Part shown: positions 14,373-28,258 of the stretch, piece after piece
Position numbering within the stretch: position 1 is the first letter of the stretch
How the letters are laid out: each line of letters opens with the position of its first letter
NCBI GenBank assembly: GCA_951406725.2
Contig: OX597815.1
Coordinates: 146,940,001 to 147,004,000, forward strand
Direction of reading: 5' to 3'
DNA length: 64,000 bases
Source: Octopus vulgaris
Taxonomy: Eukaryota
Notes under the pieces: model-generated
Told to the model about the DNA's origin: nothing
What the model saw: only the letters and a program-made list of their open reading frames with translations
The model's database searches: none
Translations under genes and position numbers: made by a program

Positions 14373-14467
14373 CGTGTGCGTAAAAATATCTGATCTTACG
14401 TGATTGTAAAAATCAATACATACACACACACATAATTATATATATGCACAAGTACTACTACAAGCAC

Positions 14468-14514
<47 letters not shown>

Positions 14515-14595
14515 ATTGCAGCCATAACACACATATATATATATATATTATATATACATATACATACATATATATATTATATATTATATATACAT

Positions 14596-14702
<107 letters not shown>

Positions 14703-15204
14703 ACGTTTGGATTCGCTATGGCAGCGAATTCAAAATACGACGAGAATGAGAGAGAAATAAAGAGAGAAAGTGGGAGATGATATTGGTAAAAGATGGAAAT
14801 GTTGCCGGTATGTTATTCAAATTGCAGTTGTATGTTGTTGTAGCAGACTGTTTTTCTCAATCACAGGCGTGGATGTATGGAAGATAACGTGTGGCTCGGC
14901 GTGCGTAGCACGGCCTACCATCGATACTACTACTTGTACTACAAATAATAACAGTAGTAGTAGTAGTAGTAGCAGCAGCAGTAGTGGTAGTAGTAGTATT
15001 AGTTGTAGTAATTGTAGAAGTCGATTAGTATTAATATTTTCTTGGTAGTGTTAACGTAATGGTTGTAGTAGTAGTACATATAGGGAGAGTACTATTCAAT
15101 GATGATCCAGTAAAAATAGTGATGGTGGTAGTGTGTGTTGTTGTGCTTGTATTTATTGTTGCGTGCATCAATAGCGGTATAAGCAGCATTAATAATGGTT
15201 TTTA

Positions 15205-18200
15205 CATTTTGGTAGGATGCCTACTATTTCGGGTGAGGGAGTTAATCGATTACATCGTCTCCAATGTTGAACTGGTACTTCTTTTATCGACCCCGAAAGG
15301 AAGAAAGTCAAAATCGACCCGGCAACGTTTGAACTTAGAACGTAAAGACGGACGAAATTATTCTAAGCGATTTGTCCGGTCAGGTAACGATTCTGCCAAC
15401 TCACCACCTTAATAGCAGCATTGGTAAAATCGGTGAGCTGGCAGAATCGTTAGCACGCCGGGCAAAATGCTTAGTGGCATTTCGTCCATCCTTACGTTCT
15501 GACTTCAAATCTCGCGGACGCCGACATTGTTTTTCCTCCTTTCGGGGCCGATAAAATAAGTGCCAGTTAACACTGGGGTTGATGTAATCGACTTATCCCA
15601 TTCCCCCAAATTTCTGGCCTTGTGCCTATAGTAGAAAGGGTTATTATCATTATGGTAGATTTGTTAGTGTTCGGAAACAAAAAAAAGTGCCTTACAATAT
15701 TTGTTCCGGTTTCTTTACGTTCTGAGTCCAAATTCCGCCGGGGTCGACTTTGCTTTTTATCCTTTCGGGGTCGATAAATTAAGTACCAGTTGTGTACTGA
15801 GGTCGATCTGATCGAATGATACCCTCCTCCAAAATTTCGCGCCTTGTGTTAAGGGTAGAAAAGAATATTTGTTCCGGCTCTTTATATCTAGGGTTCAAAT
15901 CAGGTCGTGTTCAATTTTGCCTCTTAGCCTTTCAAGGTCGATAAAATAAATTTGTTGACAGATATCGGGGCCGATGGCACCGACAAACGCTTAGCTCTTC
16001 ACTTTAAGCCATCCGGTAGCGGGAGGGAACTGGTTGATAAAATAGAATACCAGCCAAGTACAGATCAACCCACTCCCCTCACAATTATTTGTTTTGTGCG
16101 AGATTTAAAGACAAATATTATTTGGCAGAATCGTTAGCATATCGGACAAAATGCTTAGCAGCATTTCGTTCGTCCTTACTTTCTGAGTTCAAATTCTGTC
16201 GAGGTCGACTTTGCCTTTCATCATTTTGGGTTGTCCGTAAAATAATTACCAGTTGAACACTTGGCTTGCTGTAATCGACTAGCCCGCTTCCTCGAAGTTG
16301 TTGCACTTGTGCCAAAATATGAAACTATAATGTAGGCAGTAAAGAAATAGGTATTTCGTTTGTCTTTACGTTCCGAGTTCAAATTCCGCCGAGTTCGACT
16401 TTGCCTTTCATCCTATCGGGATCGATAAATTAAGTATCAGCTGCGTACTGGATCGAGCTAATCGACTGCCTCCTGCCCTCCCCTAAAATTTCGGGTCTTA
16501 TGTGTAGAGTAGAAAAGAATATAAATTTTTGTAAGGCAGCGAACTGGCAAAACCGTTAACATGCCGCCCAAAATGCTTGGCAGCATTTCTTCCGACTTTG
16601 CATTCGGTGTTCAAATTCTGCCTTTCATCCTTTCGGGGTCGATAAAAACAACTACAAGTTGAACAATGGACTCGATGTAATCTACTATTCCCCTCTATAT
16701 ATATTGCTTGCCTCGTGCCAGAATTTGAAATCAATATCTATTTTATTTATTCCTCTTCTTTATAGTCAGAGTATAAATCTCGCCGTGATCAACTTTGCCT
16801 TTCATTCTTTCAGTGTCGATGAAATAACTACCATTAAAGGAATAGGGTCAATGTAATCAACTGGCCCTTTAACCTAAAATGGTGTTGCCCTTTTTCCTTT
16901 TTTAGGTGTTGGCCTTGCACCAAAATTTGAAGCAAGGCAGTGAAAGGCGGCGAACTGGCAGAATCGTCAGCACATAGGACAACAATGCTTAGCTGCATTT
17001 CATCCGTCGTTATGTTCTGTGTTCAAATACGACCGATTTTGACTTGGCCTTTTATTCTTTTATGGTCTGTAAAATCGAATAGTGTGGTCGCGAAGGCGGC
17101 GAGCTGGCAGAATCGTTAGCACGCCGGGCGAAATGCGTAGCCGTAATTCGTCTGCCGTTACATTCTGAGTTCAAATTCCGCCGAGGTCGACTTTGCCTTT
17201 CATCCTTTCGGCGTCGATAACTTAAGTATCAGTTGGGTACTGCGGTCGATCTAATCGACTGCCCCTCCCCACCTCCCCAAAAATTTCGAGCTTTGTGCCT
17301 AAAGTAGAAACGAATACTTTGGTCGCAGTAATCGACTCACCATACCCACGAAATTGCTGACTTGGTATCAAATTTTGAAACCATTACTATTTAAGCGGCA
17401 AGCAAGCAGAATCGTTAACGAGTCGGACAAAACGCATAGTGGTATTTCTTCCGGTTCCTTATGTGCTAAGTTCAAATCCCGCTGAGGTGAACTTTGCTTC
17501 CCATCCATTCAGGTTTAATAATATAAAGTTAATTACTGGGGTTCGATTTAATCTCCTTACTCCTCCCTTAATAGCTGTTCGCTTTGTACCGAAGCTTGAA
17601 AGAAATAGAAGGTGGCGATCTCGGTGGTTCACCGGACAAAATGCTTAGGAGATTTCTTCTGTCTATACGTTCTTAATTCAAATGGCGCCGAGGTTTGACA
17701 TTGACTTTCATCCTGTAGGTTTGATAAAATAAATACCAGTCGATGTAATCGGCTTCTTCCTCCGCTTAAAATCGCCGGTCTAGTACCAAAATTGCAAAGA
17801 AATATATTATTGCTATTATTATTATTAAGTCAGGTAGCGGAGAGCGGTGGGCTGGCAGAAATGTTAGCACGCCGGGCGAAATGCGTAGCCGTATTTCGTC
17901 TGCCGTTACGTTCTGAGTTCAAATTCCGCCGAGGTCGACTTTGCCTTTCATCCTTTCGGGGTCGATTAAATAAGGATCAGGTACGCACTGCAGTCGATAT
18001 AATCGATCTAATCTCTTTGTCTGTCCTTGTTTGTCCTCTCTGTGTTTAGCCCCTTGTGGCTAGTAAAGAAATATGTATTTCGTCTGTCTTTATGTTCTGA
18101 GTTCAAATTCCGCCGAGGACGACTTTGCCTTTCATCCTTTCGGGGTCGATTAAACAAATGCCAGTTACGCACTGAGGTCGATATAATCGACTTAATCCGT

Positions 18201-18635
18201 TTGTCTGTCCTTGTTCGTCCCCTCTATGTTTTGCCCCTTGTGGGTAGTAAAGAAATAGAAATAAGTATTTCGTCTGCCGCTACGTTCTGAGTTCAAATTC
18301 CGCCCATGTCGACATTGTCTTTCATCCTTTCGGGAGTTGATTAAATAAGTACCAGTTACGTACTGAAGTCGATGTAATCTGTTTAATCCCCTCCCTCAAA
18401 CTGATTTTGAAGCAAAAATTTGAAATCATAAGGCGGCGAGCTGGTAGAATCGTTAGCCCGCTGGACGAAATGTTTAGCGGTATTTCGGTCGTCACTCCGT
18501 TCTGAGTTCAAATTCTGCAGAGGTCGACTTTCATCCTTTCGCGGTCGATAAAATAAGTACCAGTTGAAGACTGTGTAATACATTCATCCCTTCCCCTAAA
18601 ATTGCTGCCCTTATAGCAAAATTTGAAACCATTAT
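15205..18635 (+). mobile_element. Cluster of roughly 15-18 tRNA-derived SINE family A copies and fragments
   Basis: Repeated head ggcggcgagcTGGCAGAATCGttag (A box) and gaGTTCAAATtcc (B box), core gcctttcatcctttcggggtcgataaa. The first copy (15205-15410) is on the minus strand, the rest on plus. Confidence 0.9.
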
Positions 18636-19004
18636 TAAGTCATGTAGTGACTATCATTGTAAAAAAAAAACTATTGTTGGTATGTGCCCAAATTAGAAAT
18701 GAATGTTAATATTTAAGGCGTAAGATTACGGTATATAATCGGAAAAGGTGGAAGAGAAAGAAAGAGAGAGAGAAAAAACAGCTTTAAAGTACTTAAGTTC
18801 TTTGAGTGACTCTGTTCATTTTAAATCATTGTTGTGTTATTTTACGTTCTGTTACATTATGGGTTCAAATCAGGCTGTAGTATTACTCGGATTATCGTCG
18901 TCATAGATAGAAGTGTAGGGTGTGTCAAAAAAATATAGAACAGTAAAAAGCAAATATAATAAACCTCTTGCCCAAATAAAGTAGTAGCAGCAGCAGCAAC
19001 AGTT

Positions 19005-19043
<39 letters not shown>

Positions 19044-19544
19044 TGTATGTATGTATGTATGTATGTATGTATGTATGTATGTATGCATGTATTCTAATTT
19101 GAATGTTCTTGCATGAAAATATTTCGCTGCTTATCATTTATATACACGGCCTTAATCTTTGTCTACTGGTCTTCTCAGTTAGGACATATATTCATATACA
19201 TACAAGCCAATTTTCACACACACACACACACACATACACGCACATACATATGTGAAGGTGCCTATATGTACGCATCATTCTATTTCATTGTATACATTCA
19301 TATACATACATACAAATATATGTAGATATATCTATATATATATCCCCATATTCATGTCTACACACACTCACGTATATGTATGTATGTATATATATATATA
19401 TATAGCTTAGTGGTTCGGTAAAAGAGTCCGATAAAATAATTACTAAGCTTACGAAGAATAAGTACTGGGGTCGATTTGCTCCATATATATGTATATATGC
19501 ATGTATAGATGAATATATACGTATGCATTTCTGAGTATGAATAT

Positions 19545-19992
19545 GTACTCTTTTCTCTTTAGATTTTTACTCCTTTCAGTTATTTGACTGTGGCCATGCT
19601 CGAGCACCGCCTTTGGTGGAGCAAATCGACCCCAGTACTTATTCTTCGTAAGCTTAGTAATTATTTTATCGGACTCTTTTACCGAACCACTAAGCTACGG
19701 GGATGTAAACACATCAGCATCGGTTGTCAAGCAATGTTGGGGGGACAAGCACAGACAGAAACATATTCACACAAACACACGTACACAAACACGCACACAC
19801 ACACACACACAGGCGCATACACACACACACACACACACATACACACACATATATATACGACGGGATTCTTTCAGTTTCCGTCTACCAAATCTTATACTAT
19901 AGTATAAGACACTTTCCCAAAGTGCCACGCAGTGGGACTGAACCGGGAATCATGTGGTTCGTAAGCAAGCTACTTACCACACAGCCACTCCT

Positions 19993-19997
<5 letters not shown>
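19545..19997 (-). mobile_element. SINE family B (tRNA head, CORE-like segment, internal CA/TA microsatellite)
   Basis: Reverse complement of ggagtggctgtgtggtaagtagcttgc...gttcagtcccactgcgtggcac..gggaaagtg; same family as 21698 and 33797. Confidence 0.85.
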
Positions 19998-20059
<62 letters not shown>

Positions 20060-20769
20060 CGCCAGTATATACATTTTTAAATGTGTGAGCTGTTGTATTT
20101 GTATTCATGTGTGTAATTATATATGCAAATTTTTTCTCATTTGAATTTCTTTGTTTCATGATTTTCCACTTACCTTTCTTTCTTTCTTTCATTCATTCAT
20201 TCTTTTCTTTTGTGTTTTGTTTATTTCTATTTTATTCCTATTTTAGCTTTAGAACGAAGCCGTTATCATAGAAAAAGATCGTTGCGAAAAGTTTAATCTT
20301 GGAACATCTTCAGTTGTTCTATTAATGCTAATACCGCTGCTAATATTGGCGCTGTTTTTACGCTCTCGATACTACTATAACTCTGCTGCTGTTGTTGCTG
20401 CTACAGCTACTGCTGCTGCTGCTGTTGCTGTTGCAGCTAATGTAACACGTGTTGCTTTCAGTGCCGATGATACATCGATGTGCTCCTTTGATTTGCAAAA
20501 ATTATCATTCACATTTACTTCAAATATCATCTTAAGTGCCCTTAAGTAGATATAGTTTCTGCATACTTTATGCTTCATAAGGAAGAAGCGGTTGTCACGG
20601 TTGGACGTTTTACGTCATCAATCAGCTCGACTAAGTTAGTTATGAGACAAAAATATCTTATGCTCCGTATGGTTTTCTACACAACCATCACCAACAAGAA
20701 CAAAATCAACTACTACTACTACTACTACTACTACTTAGCAGCAGTCATAGTAGTAATAGTAGTAGTAAC

Positions 20770-21140
20770 GATTTCAAATTTTGACACAAGGCCAGCAATT
20801 CTAGGGGCGTGCTAAGTCTATTACATCGACCCCCAAAGCTCAACGGGTTTCCGAAAGCACAAAATGTAAATATAACCTCGGTAAGATTTTGAATTCAAAG
20901 TAAAGTGTTGGAAGAAATGCTACTAAGCATTTTGTCTGACACCCCATTGATTATGTAAGTTCACCGCCAACGTAATAACTTTGGCAGCGGGCCAACGGGG
21001 CTTGAAGGAAGGGTAAGTCGATTACATTAATCTCAGTACTTGGATGGTAATTAATTTACCTATCAGTGGAAGATGAAAGGCAAAGTCGACCTCGGCTGAA
21101 TTTCAGCTCAGAACGTATAGATAGACGAAATACTGCCGTG
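20770..21140 (-). mobile_element. Two degenerate SINE family A copies
   Basis: gatgaaaggcaaagtcgacctcggc and gtcgattacat motifs. Confidence 0.7.
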
Positions 21141-21521
21141 CAACTCGCTCACAGCACACTTCCCTATTTTACTCGCTCATGTGTATATTCATAGATATAT
21201 GAAGAGCAAGAAAGAACCCCTCTCATCTCTCCCCGTTCCTCTCTCCCCCTTTCTCTCTTTCCCTCACTGACCGCTGGTATATTTATATATATATACACAC
21301 ACACACACACAAACACACACACTCACACACACCCACACAAACATATTCTGTAATTATAAACATAATTATAATTAGGGGTCAGCTAATTGCTTCACCACGC
21401 ACCGAATTTAGAATTAGGAGTTAAAATTCCTTTTCTGCTACCGTCAAGATCTCCCATATAGTAACGTACTTTTTTACGTAGGCAAAAAGAATAAAATAAA
21501 GAATCCACACGATTCAGATTA

Positions 21522-21589
21522 GCTACATACACGTTTCGGGATTAAAGTAAAGTAATATTTACTTACTTAAATCATTTCTTCAGTGCACC
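21522..21589 (-). ncRNA. Degenerate type I hammerhead ribozyme (Penelope-type)
   Basis: Minus strand GGTGCA CTGAAGA [aatGATTtAAGTAAGTAA..TTACTTTACTTtAATCcc] GAAA CGT GTA TGTAGC. Core intact, long stem II with a mismatched base, stem I pairs 5/6. Confidence 0.6.
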
Positions 21590-21655
21590 ATTTATTTATT
21601 ATTAATATATATATAGGCGTATGTGTGTGTGTGTGTGTATATATATACATGTATG

Positions 21656-21697
<42 letters not shown>

Positions 21698-21700
<3 letters not shown>

Positions 21701-21881
21701 CGCACGAGTAGCTGTCTGGTAAGAAGCTTGCTTCCCAACCACATAGCTCCCTGGTACAGTGCAGTCCCACTGTGTGGCACCTTGAGCAAGTGTCTTCTAC
21801 TATAGCCTCGGGCCGACCAAGGCCTACTGACTTGATTTGGTAGATGGATACTGAAAGAAGCTTGTTGTGTATATATGTATA

Positions 21882-21932
<51 letters not shown>

Positions 21933-22150
21933 CACGTGTGTGTGTGTGTTCGTGTCTGTGTTTGTCCTCCCACCATCGCTTGACAACAGGTGTTGGTGTG
22001 TTTGCACCACCATAACTTAGCGGTTCGGCAAAAGAGACCGATAGAATAAGTAATAGGCTTACAAAGAAAAAGTCATGGAATCGATTTGTCCTATTAAATG
22101 CGGTGTTCCAGCAAGGCCGCAGTCAAATGACTGAAAAAAAGAAAAGAAAT
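21698..22150 (+). mobile_element. SINE family B
   Basis: ggcgcacgagtagctgtctggtaagaagcttgc head; ggcaccttgagcaagtg CORE-like segment; shared 3' end. Confidence 0.85.
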
Positions 22151-22249
22151 ATAGAATAAAAGAGCATGTGTTTGTATGTTTTCAAATGTTCGATTGGTTA
22201 GAATAATGGTATTTCCCCGATCTCAACTATTAACTCTCTACTTTAATAT

Positions 22250-22560
22250 GAATGACCATGGGATTGCACCTAGAAAGTTACCCTCCTAGACACAAGTCCG
22301 GGCACGGTTGTTTGTGGAAGGCCAGTAGTCGCCCATGCATACCAGCCTCCCCTCTCCACGCCACCAGTGTTATCCAAGGGAAAAAAATGGTCGATACAGC
22401 TTGGCACCAGTGACGTCGCAACTCATTTCTACAGCTGAGTGAACTGGAGCAACGTGAAATAAAGTGCCTTGCTTGAGAACACAACACGCAGCCCGGTCCG
22501 TGATTCGAGCTCAGAACCTTACGATCGTAAGCTCGACGCTCTAACCACTGAGCCATGCGC
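22250..22560 (-). mobile_element. SINE family C (tRNA-derived)
   Basis: Minus strand gcgcaTGGCTCAGTGGttagagcg...gctcgaatc (A/B boxes) followed by a CORE-like caagcaaggcactt. Confidence 0.8.
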
Positions 22561-22929
22561 CTTCAGTTTAATAAATAAGGTCAATAATTTCTGTTTATCT
22601 GTCTTCAAACTCTTCTCTCTCGTTCAGCAATACACTTTCCCAACTTCACTCGCAGCAGATGCGCCTACCCTACTGTATACTCTCGCACAACGAAGCGCAC
22701 TTGCTTTCCTCTCCCATCTCTTCCTCTTTTTGTCTTTCATTTTGTTCCTTCTTCTCTTCATTACACTTGTCCCCATACTTAATTGCCTCTGGCACGTGGC
22801 ACTTGCCTCCTCTTCACCACCATAATTGAAGTTGTGAAATCTAATCCCATCTAAATTTCCACAAATATCGGGCCGTGGGTGATTAAACCGGCGACCCCAC
22901 AGAGCCTGCTCTGTGAAGAGGGTGTTTTC

Positions 22930-23290
22930 TTTGTTATCTAGTCATCCTTTTTCTCTTCTCTAAATGGTAGGTTCAAATAACCGAGCCGCAGCTGTCCGCC
23001 ACTCATATCTGTCACGTGCAATCTGATTTGGGGTCTTGTTCGTTTGCACAATGCTACACCTGTTCACAGGAACTTCTAAGTATAAAGTCGGTAAAGGTCC
23101 ATTTTCGCGTCGAGATAATATTTAACAGTCTTTCCTAGCACTTTATCTTGCAAAGGACCCACTCATTATTCCTTTTATTCATCCATCCTATTCTGAGAAT
23201 GCATCTAAAGCATCATTCCTCAAATGCTTCAAATTTTCTTTTATGAATTTTCTTTATAATCCAGCATTTAGATCGATAGGTTATTATGCT
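22930..23290 (-). mobile_element. RTE-like LINE ORF2 C-terminal remnant
   Basis: Minus translation FEAFEE*CFRCILRIGWMNKRNNEWVL resembles the RTE motif LEAFEMWCxRRxLRIxW...NEEVL. Confidence 0.6.
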
Positions 23291-23322
23291 AAATATCAAA
23301 GAATTGAATTTTTTTGGTTATG

Positions 23323-23353
<31 letters not shown>

Positions 23354-23356
23354 CTT

Positions 23357-23388
<32 letters not shown>

Positions 23389-23779
23389 ATGTGCTGTTCA
23401 GTGATATCATGACAATATTGGCTACTCTGAGTCTTCTCTTGATTTCACGGGTCTCATTGTAATCATTGATAATAAGAGTACAAAGGTACACAAATTCTTA
23501 CACAAATTTTTTGATGTTTTCAGTATTTTCATTGTTACTTGTTATGCAATCTTGTTTCATTGTTTGTAGTATTGGTAATAATACTATAATGAATACTCCG
23601 AGAATTAAGCGGCAGGGAACGTTTCCATGGGGTCAAATCTATTACAGAGAGAAGGGGGTCTCTTTAGTCTTGGTTGACAACCAACTAGGGATGTTGTCTC
23701 GATAAAAAACAGTGGTGGTTGTGGCACCTCACCAACACAGTTCCCTTTGTGAGTGTAACGTTAAATGAAGATGATCACA

Positions 23780-26640
23780 TCTGCGTTCAAGAGACCCGAA
23801 CCTCGAGTGATGGCTTCTCGCACGGCATGTGTTCCACTATGCCGCAGGCCTGGCCGCTATCCAAGTACTGCTACAAAGATTAGGAAAAAACAGATACAAA
23901 ACTACACTAGCACTATAATGGAATGCTATTACAAAAGCAAGTCTACCAAAATAGATTCAAGTAAAGAATGCATAAAATTTGGACAGAGAAAGACATGTTC
24001 TCTATCATGGAGCAATTACTTCTAGAATTTAAAAAAAATAATCTTGAAAAGGCAGTTACTATCCAAGCTGGAACAAGAACAAACATTAGCAAAGGGACGG
24101 ATAAAGCCCCACCAAAGAAGCAGATGCCCGGATGATGGCAAATTTTACATTGTGGAATAAAGACCGTTACAGAGGAAGAAAGGAGCTAATTACTAAACCT
24201 GAACGATGTACAAAATAACGAAACAAAATGTGGATACCTGCTATGAGAGGAATCGAAAGAGGAAAGCTAAATAAAGATGTGAAGAGGACGGACGAACAGT
24301 TAACGAAGATCTACATCGTAAAGGTAACTAATCTAAACACTGTTATATAACGCAGAGCTTCGACGTTGTGTCAAAAGTCTACGAAATACAAAGAACAAAA
24401 CCACATGGTGGGAACGAAGACTTGAGAGCCAAATGGGTAAAACACACACGTGCGCGCGCACACACACACAAAACAGATGTGAACTGAGAACAAATTAGTA
24501 CGAGGACAATAGACACTCCAGGAAGAACGAAAGAAAATTCTTTGGACAACTGAACACTGTGGAATGCATGAGAAAATTGATATGCTAGTTGCTGAAGCAG
24601 CAAGAACATTATGTCCAACATAATATGAAATCAGACTGATTAGAGGAATATAAAAGAGAAATGGAAGATGGAGTAACAAAAAATAGAACAATCACGGATA
24701 AGATTGTAAAGGGGATTACCAAGATCATATCAAACTGGAAAGCGCCAGGACGAGGTTTTCTGGATAAAAAAAATATCTGAAGCATATGCAGTTATAAATG
24801 ACTGTTTTACTGATTGCAAAGAAAAAGAAACGCAGGATGACAAAAGGAACGAGGACGGATCGGATACAGAATGTTAAAGGAAAGTGAGAGAGAGTCAGCA
24901 ATTATTGACCTGTTTACTAGTGTAAACAAATCTATAAATTCCTGGAAAAGGAGAATCTATTGCCAGAGGAACAACATGGATATAGAAAGAATTCATGGGG
25001 AACTACTGATCTACTATATATAGGCATATAAATAGTAAAACACGGGGCACAAGTAAGAAAGAAGAATTTAGCGGTTGGGTGGAAAAATTAAAGAAAGGCC
25101 TAAAACAACGTCCTGCTCAGGTGGCTCTTGCAGCGCCTGAGTGCGCTCGGTGTCAATGAGAAGATAAACAATGTTTTCGAAAAAGTAATGAGAGTGCGGG
25201 AAGTCGAATTGACATGTGCAAGTGAATTGCTTGGGAACGGGAATATTGGCAGGGGCATTTTCAAGGCTCTTTCCGTTGCTCTCTGACATATATAGTGTGA
25301 AAATCTAGGCCTACCTATGAATTTACTAACACGAAGATGAAAATAAATCGCCGAAAATGAAACTGCCATTGATTCTGTGGCCGAAACAGTGAGAGTATTC
25401 AATAAAGTCATTAGGTTAATAAGTACGTAGTGCTAATTATGAAGATAGACCGGAAGGTATACTCTGATGTCATAATATTATAGCAAGATAACATCATAAG
25501 ATTCCTGTGGAATAATGAGGGGTACAAATATCTAGGAGTGTTGCAAGACGATAGGATAACGGAAAGAGAAATATGATAGAATGTCAGTAAAATGTACAAG
25601 AGGAGAATTAGGAAGGTGCACGAAAAAAAAAACATTAAAAAAAACAAGAGGGAACATCATTAATCTTATAAATGCATGCGCTATGCCTGTATTGAGATGG
25701 TCTGCTCCCTTTCTGAAAGGAAAAAAAGCTGGTCACAGAACTTGGGTAGAAGAACCAGAAAGCTGCTCACAATGCACGGCGCATTTTACCCAGAATGCAA
25801 CTCTGACTGATTCTACCTGGCAAGAAAGGAAGGTGGCAGAAGACACTGTTATTACTCCGATACTGGATCTGAAAAATTATGTTGTGCAAGGTAATGAAAG
25901 AATACTATCGGTTGCATGAGAAAACAAAAACGTGACCGAAACAGTAGAATTCAAAGAGGAAAAGAGAGGGGGAAAAAACAGAACAAACGGATGGAAAGAA
26001 ATGGAATTATATGGCCTATTCATGCAACAAACCGCGAATGTTTAAAGTAAAGAGCACTAGCTCTGGTGTTTGACGGGTGAAAACTTGAAACGAGAGAGCG
26101 TAACGCTAATTATAACTGCTCAGAAACAAACCATTAGATCAAATTTGATAAAGGCGAAGATCGACAAGGCTCATTCAGACAGCGAATCTAGAATCTGCAG
26201 GAAAGGAGGCGAAAGTATCAATCAATCAACTTTTGAGTGAATGCAGTGTACTAGCACAAGAGAAGTAGAAGCGCAGGCATGAGTGTGTAGGCAAATGAGT
26301 GCTTTGATATGTCAGGCGAGTGTGTAGCTTCAAAATGACACAAAATTGGTATGAACACAAACGAGAAAATGCGATGGAAAATGAAAATGATGGCATCTTG
26401 TGGAACTTCCTCATGAAAACTGACCATGCAACCGAAGCAAGAAGACCAAATATGATTATAGAGGACAAAACAAACAGTGTCAGATCATAAATTTTGCTAT
26501 AACCTATGATAACAGAATCGATGAAACAGAAATGGTAAAATTTGAGAAATATCAGGATCTAGTCAGAGAGCTCAGGGGACAACACTTATTTTTCTGGTAA
26601 TTGGTGCACTTGGCACAATACCCAAAATATAACACGTATT
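23780..26640 (+). mobile_element. Heavily decayed R4/Dong-type non-LTR retrotransposon
   Basis: Fragments in expected order: IMECYY N-terminal motif, PEEQHGYRK, CGIFQG-like, YKYLGV, INACAMPVL, CRIC zinc knuckle, ILWNF...EARRPNMII, KYQDL, VIGALG; many stops and frameshifts. Confidence 0.8.
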
Positions 26641-27207
26641 GTCGACCTGCATAAAAGTACTACCAAATATTCTCCTAAAACCTAGGGAAGATTGAGATTT
26701 GTAGTCACCAAACCTCAAGATGAGCTCCCTGCTAACTAAATCAGTACGCATTACCATGGCATCAAATAATAACGGAAAACTACTAATGATGAGTCTTGGA
26801 ATTATATGGCCTATTCATGCAACAAACTGCGATTGTATAGAGTAAAGAGCATTGTCATTGATATCTATATTCATTCAATATACACCCTGCAAACATAGAA
26901 GGATCGCTATGTGGGGGCTGTCCCAGATGTGCAAAAAGAACATCACAGCATTTTTCACTTCTGAAGTTGTAGCGAACAGCTGTTGTCTCTTATAGGCTAT
27001 TATCCGATTACCAAGGAGAGTAACACGTTGCTGTTCTTTAAACTGGCTGGGTAAACAATATTTCTATGACTTGTGGCTATCCTATAAGCAAATATGTAGT
27101 TGAAGAAGCTGAGATGGTCGATGAAATAAGTTTCTATTAGGAACAGGAATCGATGTAATCGACTATTTTCCTTTTGCCTATAGTAGAAAGTACTATTTTT
27201 TTTTATT

Positions 27208-27243
<36 letters not shown>

Positions 27244-27266
27244 ACTACTATTAATATCATCATCTA

Positions 27267-27630
27267 AGGCGGCGTGGTGGCAGAATCATTAGCCTGCCGG
27301 GAGAAATGCTCAGCGATATTTCGTCTGCCGCTACGTTCTGAGTTCGAATTCCGCCGAGGTCGACTTTGCCTTTCATCCTTTCGGGGTCGATTAAATAAGT
27401 ACCAGTGAAACACCGGGGTCGATATAATCGACTTAATCCGTCTGTCTGTTCCTTGTGGGTAGTAAAGAAATAAGTATTTCGTCTGCCGCTACGTTCTGAG
27501 TTCAAATTCTGCCGAGGTCGACTTTACCTTTCATCCTGTCGAGGTCGATAAAATATGTACCAGCTGAACACTAGGGTCGATGTAATTGACTAGTTCCCTC
27601 CCCCAAAATTGCTGCATTTGTGACAAAATT
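27267..27630 (+). mobile_element. SINE family A dimer
   Basis: Head ggcggcgtggtggcagaatc; two cores in tandem. Confidence 0.85.
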
Positions 27631-27639
27631 ATTATTATT

Positions 27640-28258
27640 ATAATTTTCCTTCTTTTTCAAATTTTCTGCCATTTCTCGCCGAGTGTTTTCCGTACATTGA
27701 GGGCAGAGAAGTTCATTGTATGCATTCCCAGATTACACACGCAAATTCACAGGTAAAATATGTATTTAAAAAAAATCGATGAATAAATCAATTCCTGAAT
27801 GGATGTTGTTTTCACAGCGATGATGCTCTTTTCAGTACATGAGCCGTTTCAGTTAACACGATTTTTTGCACTTCTTGTAGAGATGGTAAGCCTGGTATCA
27901 TTTTCAAATAGGTTTCAGTACCTTTTTTTTTTATCATTCTTAGAGATCCTACAGTCACTGGTATTGTAGTCGCTTCGAGAGGCCACATTTTTTTCAATTT
28001 CTATTAGCAAGTCTTTATATTTACTGATCTTGTCAAATTCTTTCGCCGCTATATTGTGATCGCAAGGAATACTCATGTCAATTAATAAACACATCCTTTA
28101 TTTTTCTCATCTTTTATAATAATATCTGGTTTATTAACACTTATAGTTTTGTCGGTATGTACGGGGAAGTCCCATAGAATCGACACATTTTCTCCCTCAG
28201 TCACAGCTTCCGGATGGTGTTTATAACATTTGTCAGCGGTTTTGTTTTTGCAATGCCT
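27640..28258 (-). mobile_element. 5'-truncated R4/Dong 3' fragment (endonuclease region plus 3' UTR)
   Basis: ORFs 28082..28306 (ILWDFPVHTDKTISVNKPDII) and 27812..27997 closely match the element at 39401-43353; shared 3' UTR motif ccatttct(c/t)gccgagtgt; (ATT)4 at the end. Confidence 0.9.

Noticed and set aside
22485-22560. tRNA gene
   Set aside because: The A/B boxes run straight into a SINE body; the same holds for 57410-57480 and the SINE A/B heads.
26850-27140. CR1-like RT fragment (KC..HLG)
   Set aside because: A single weak motif is not enough support.
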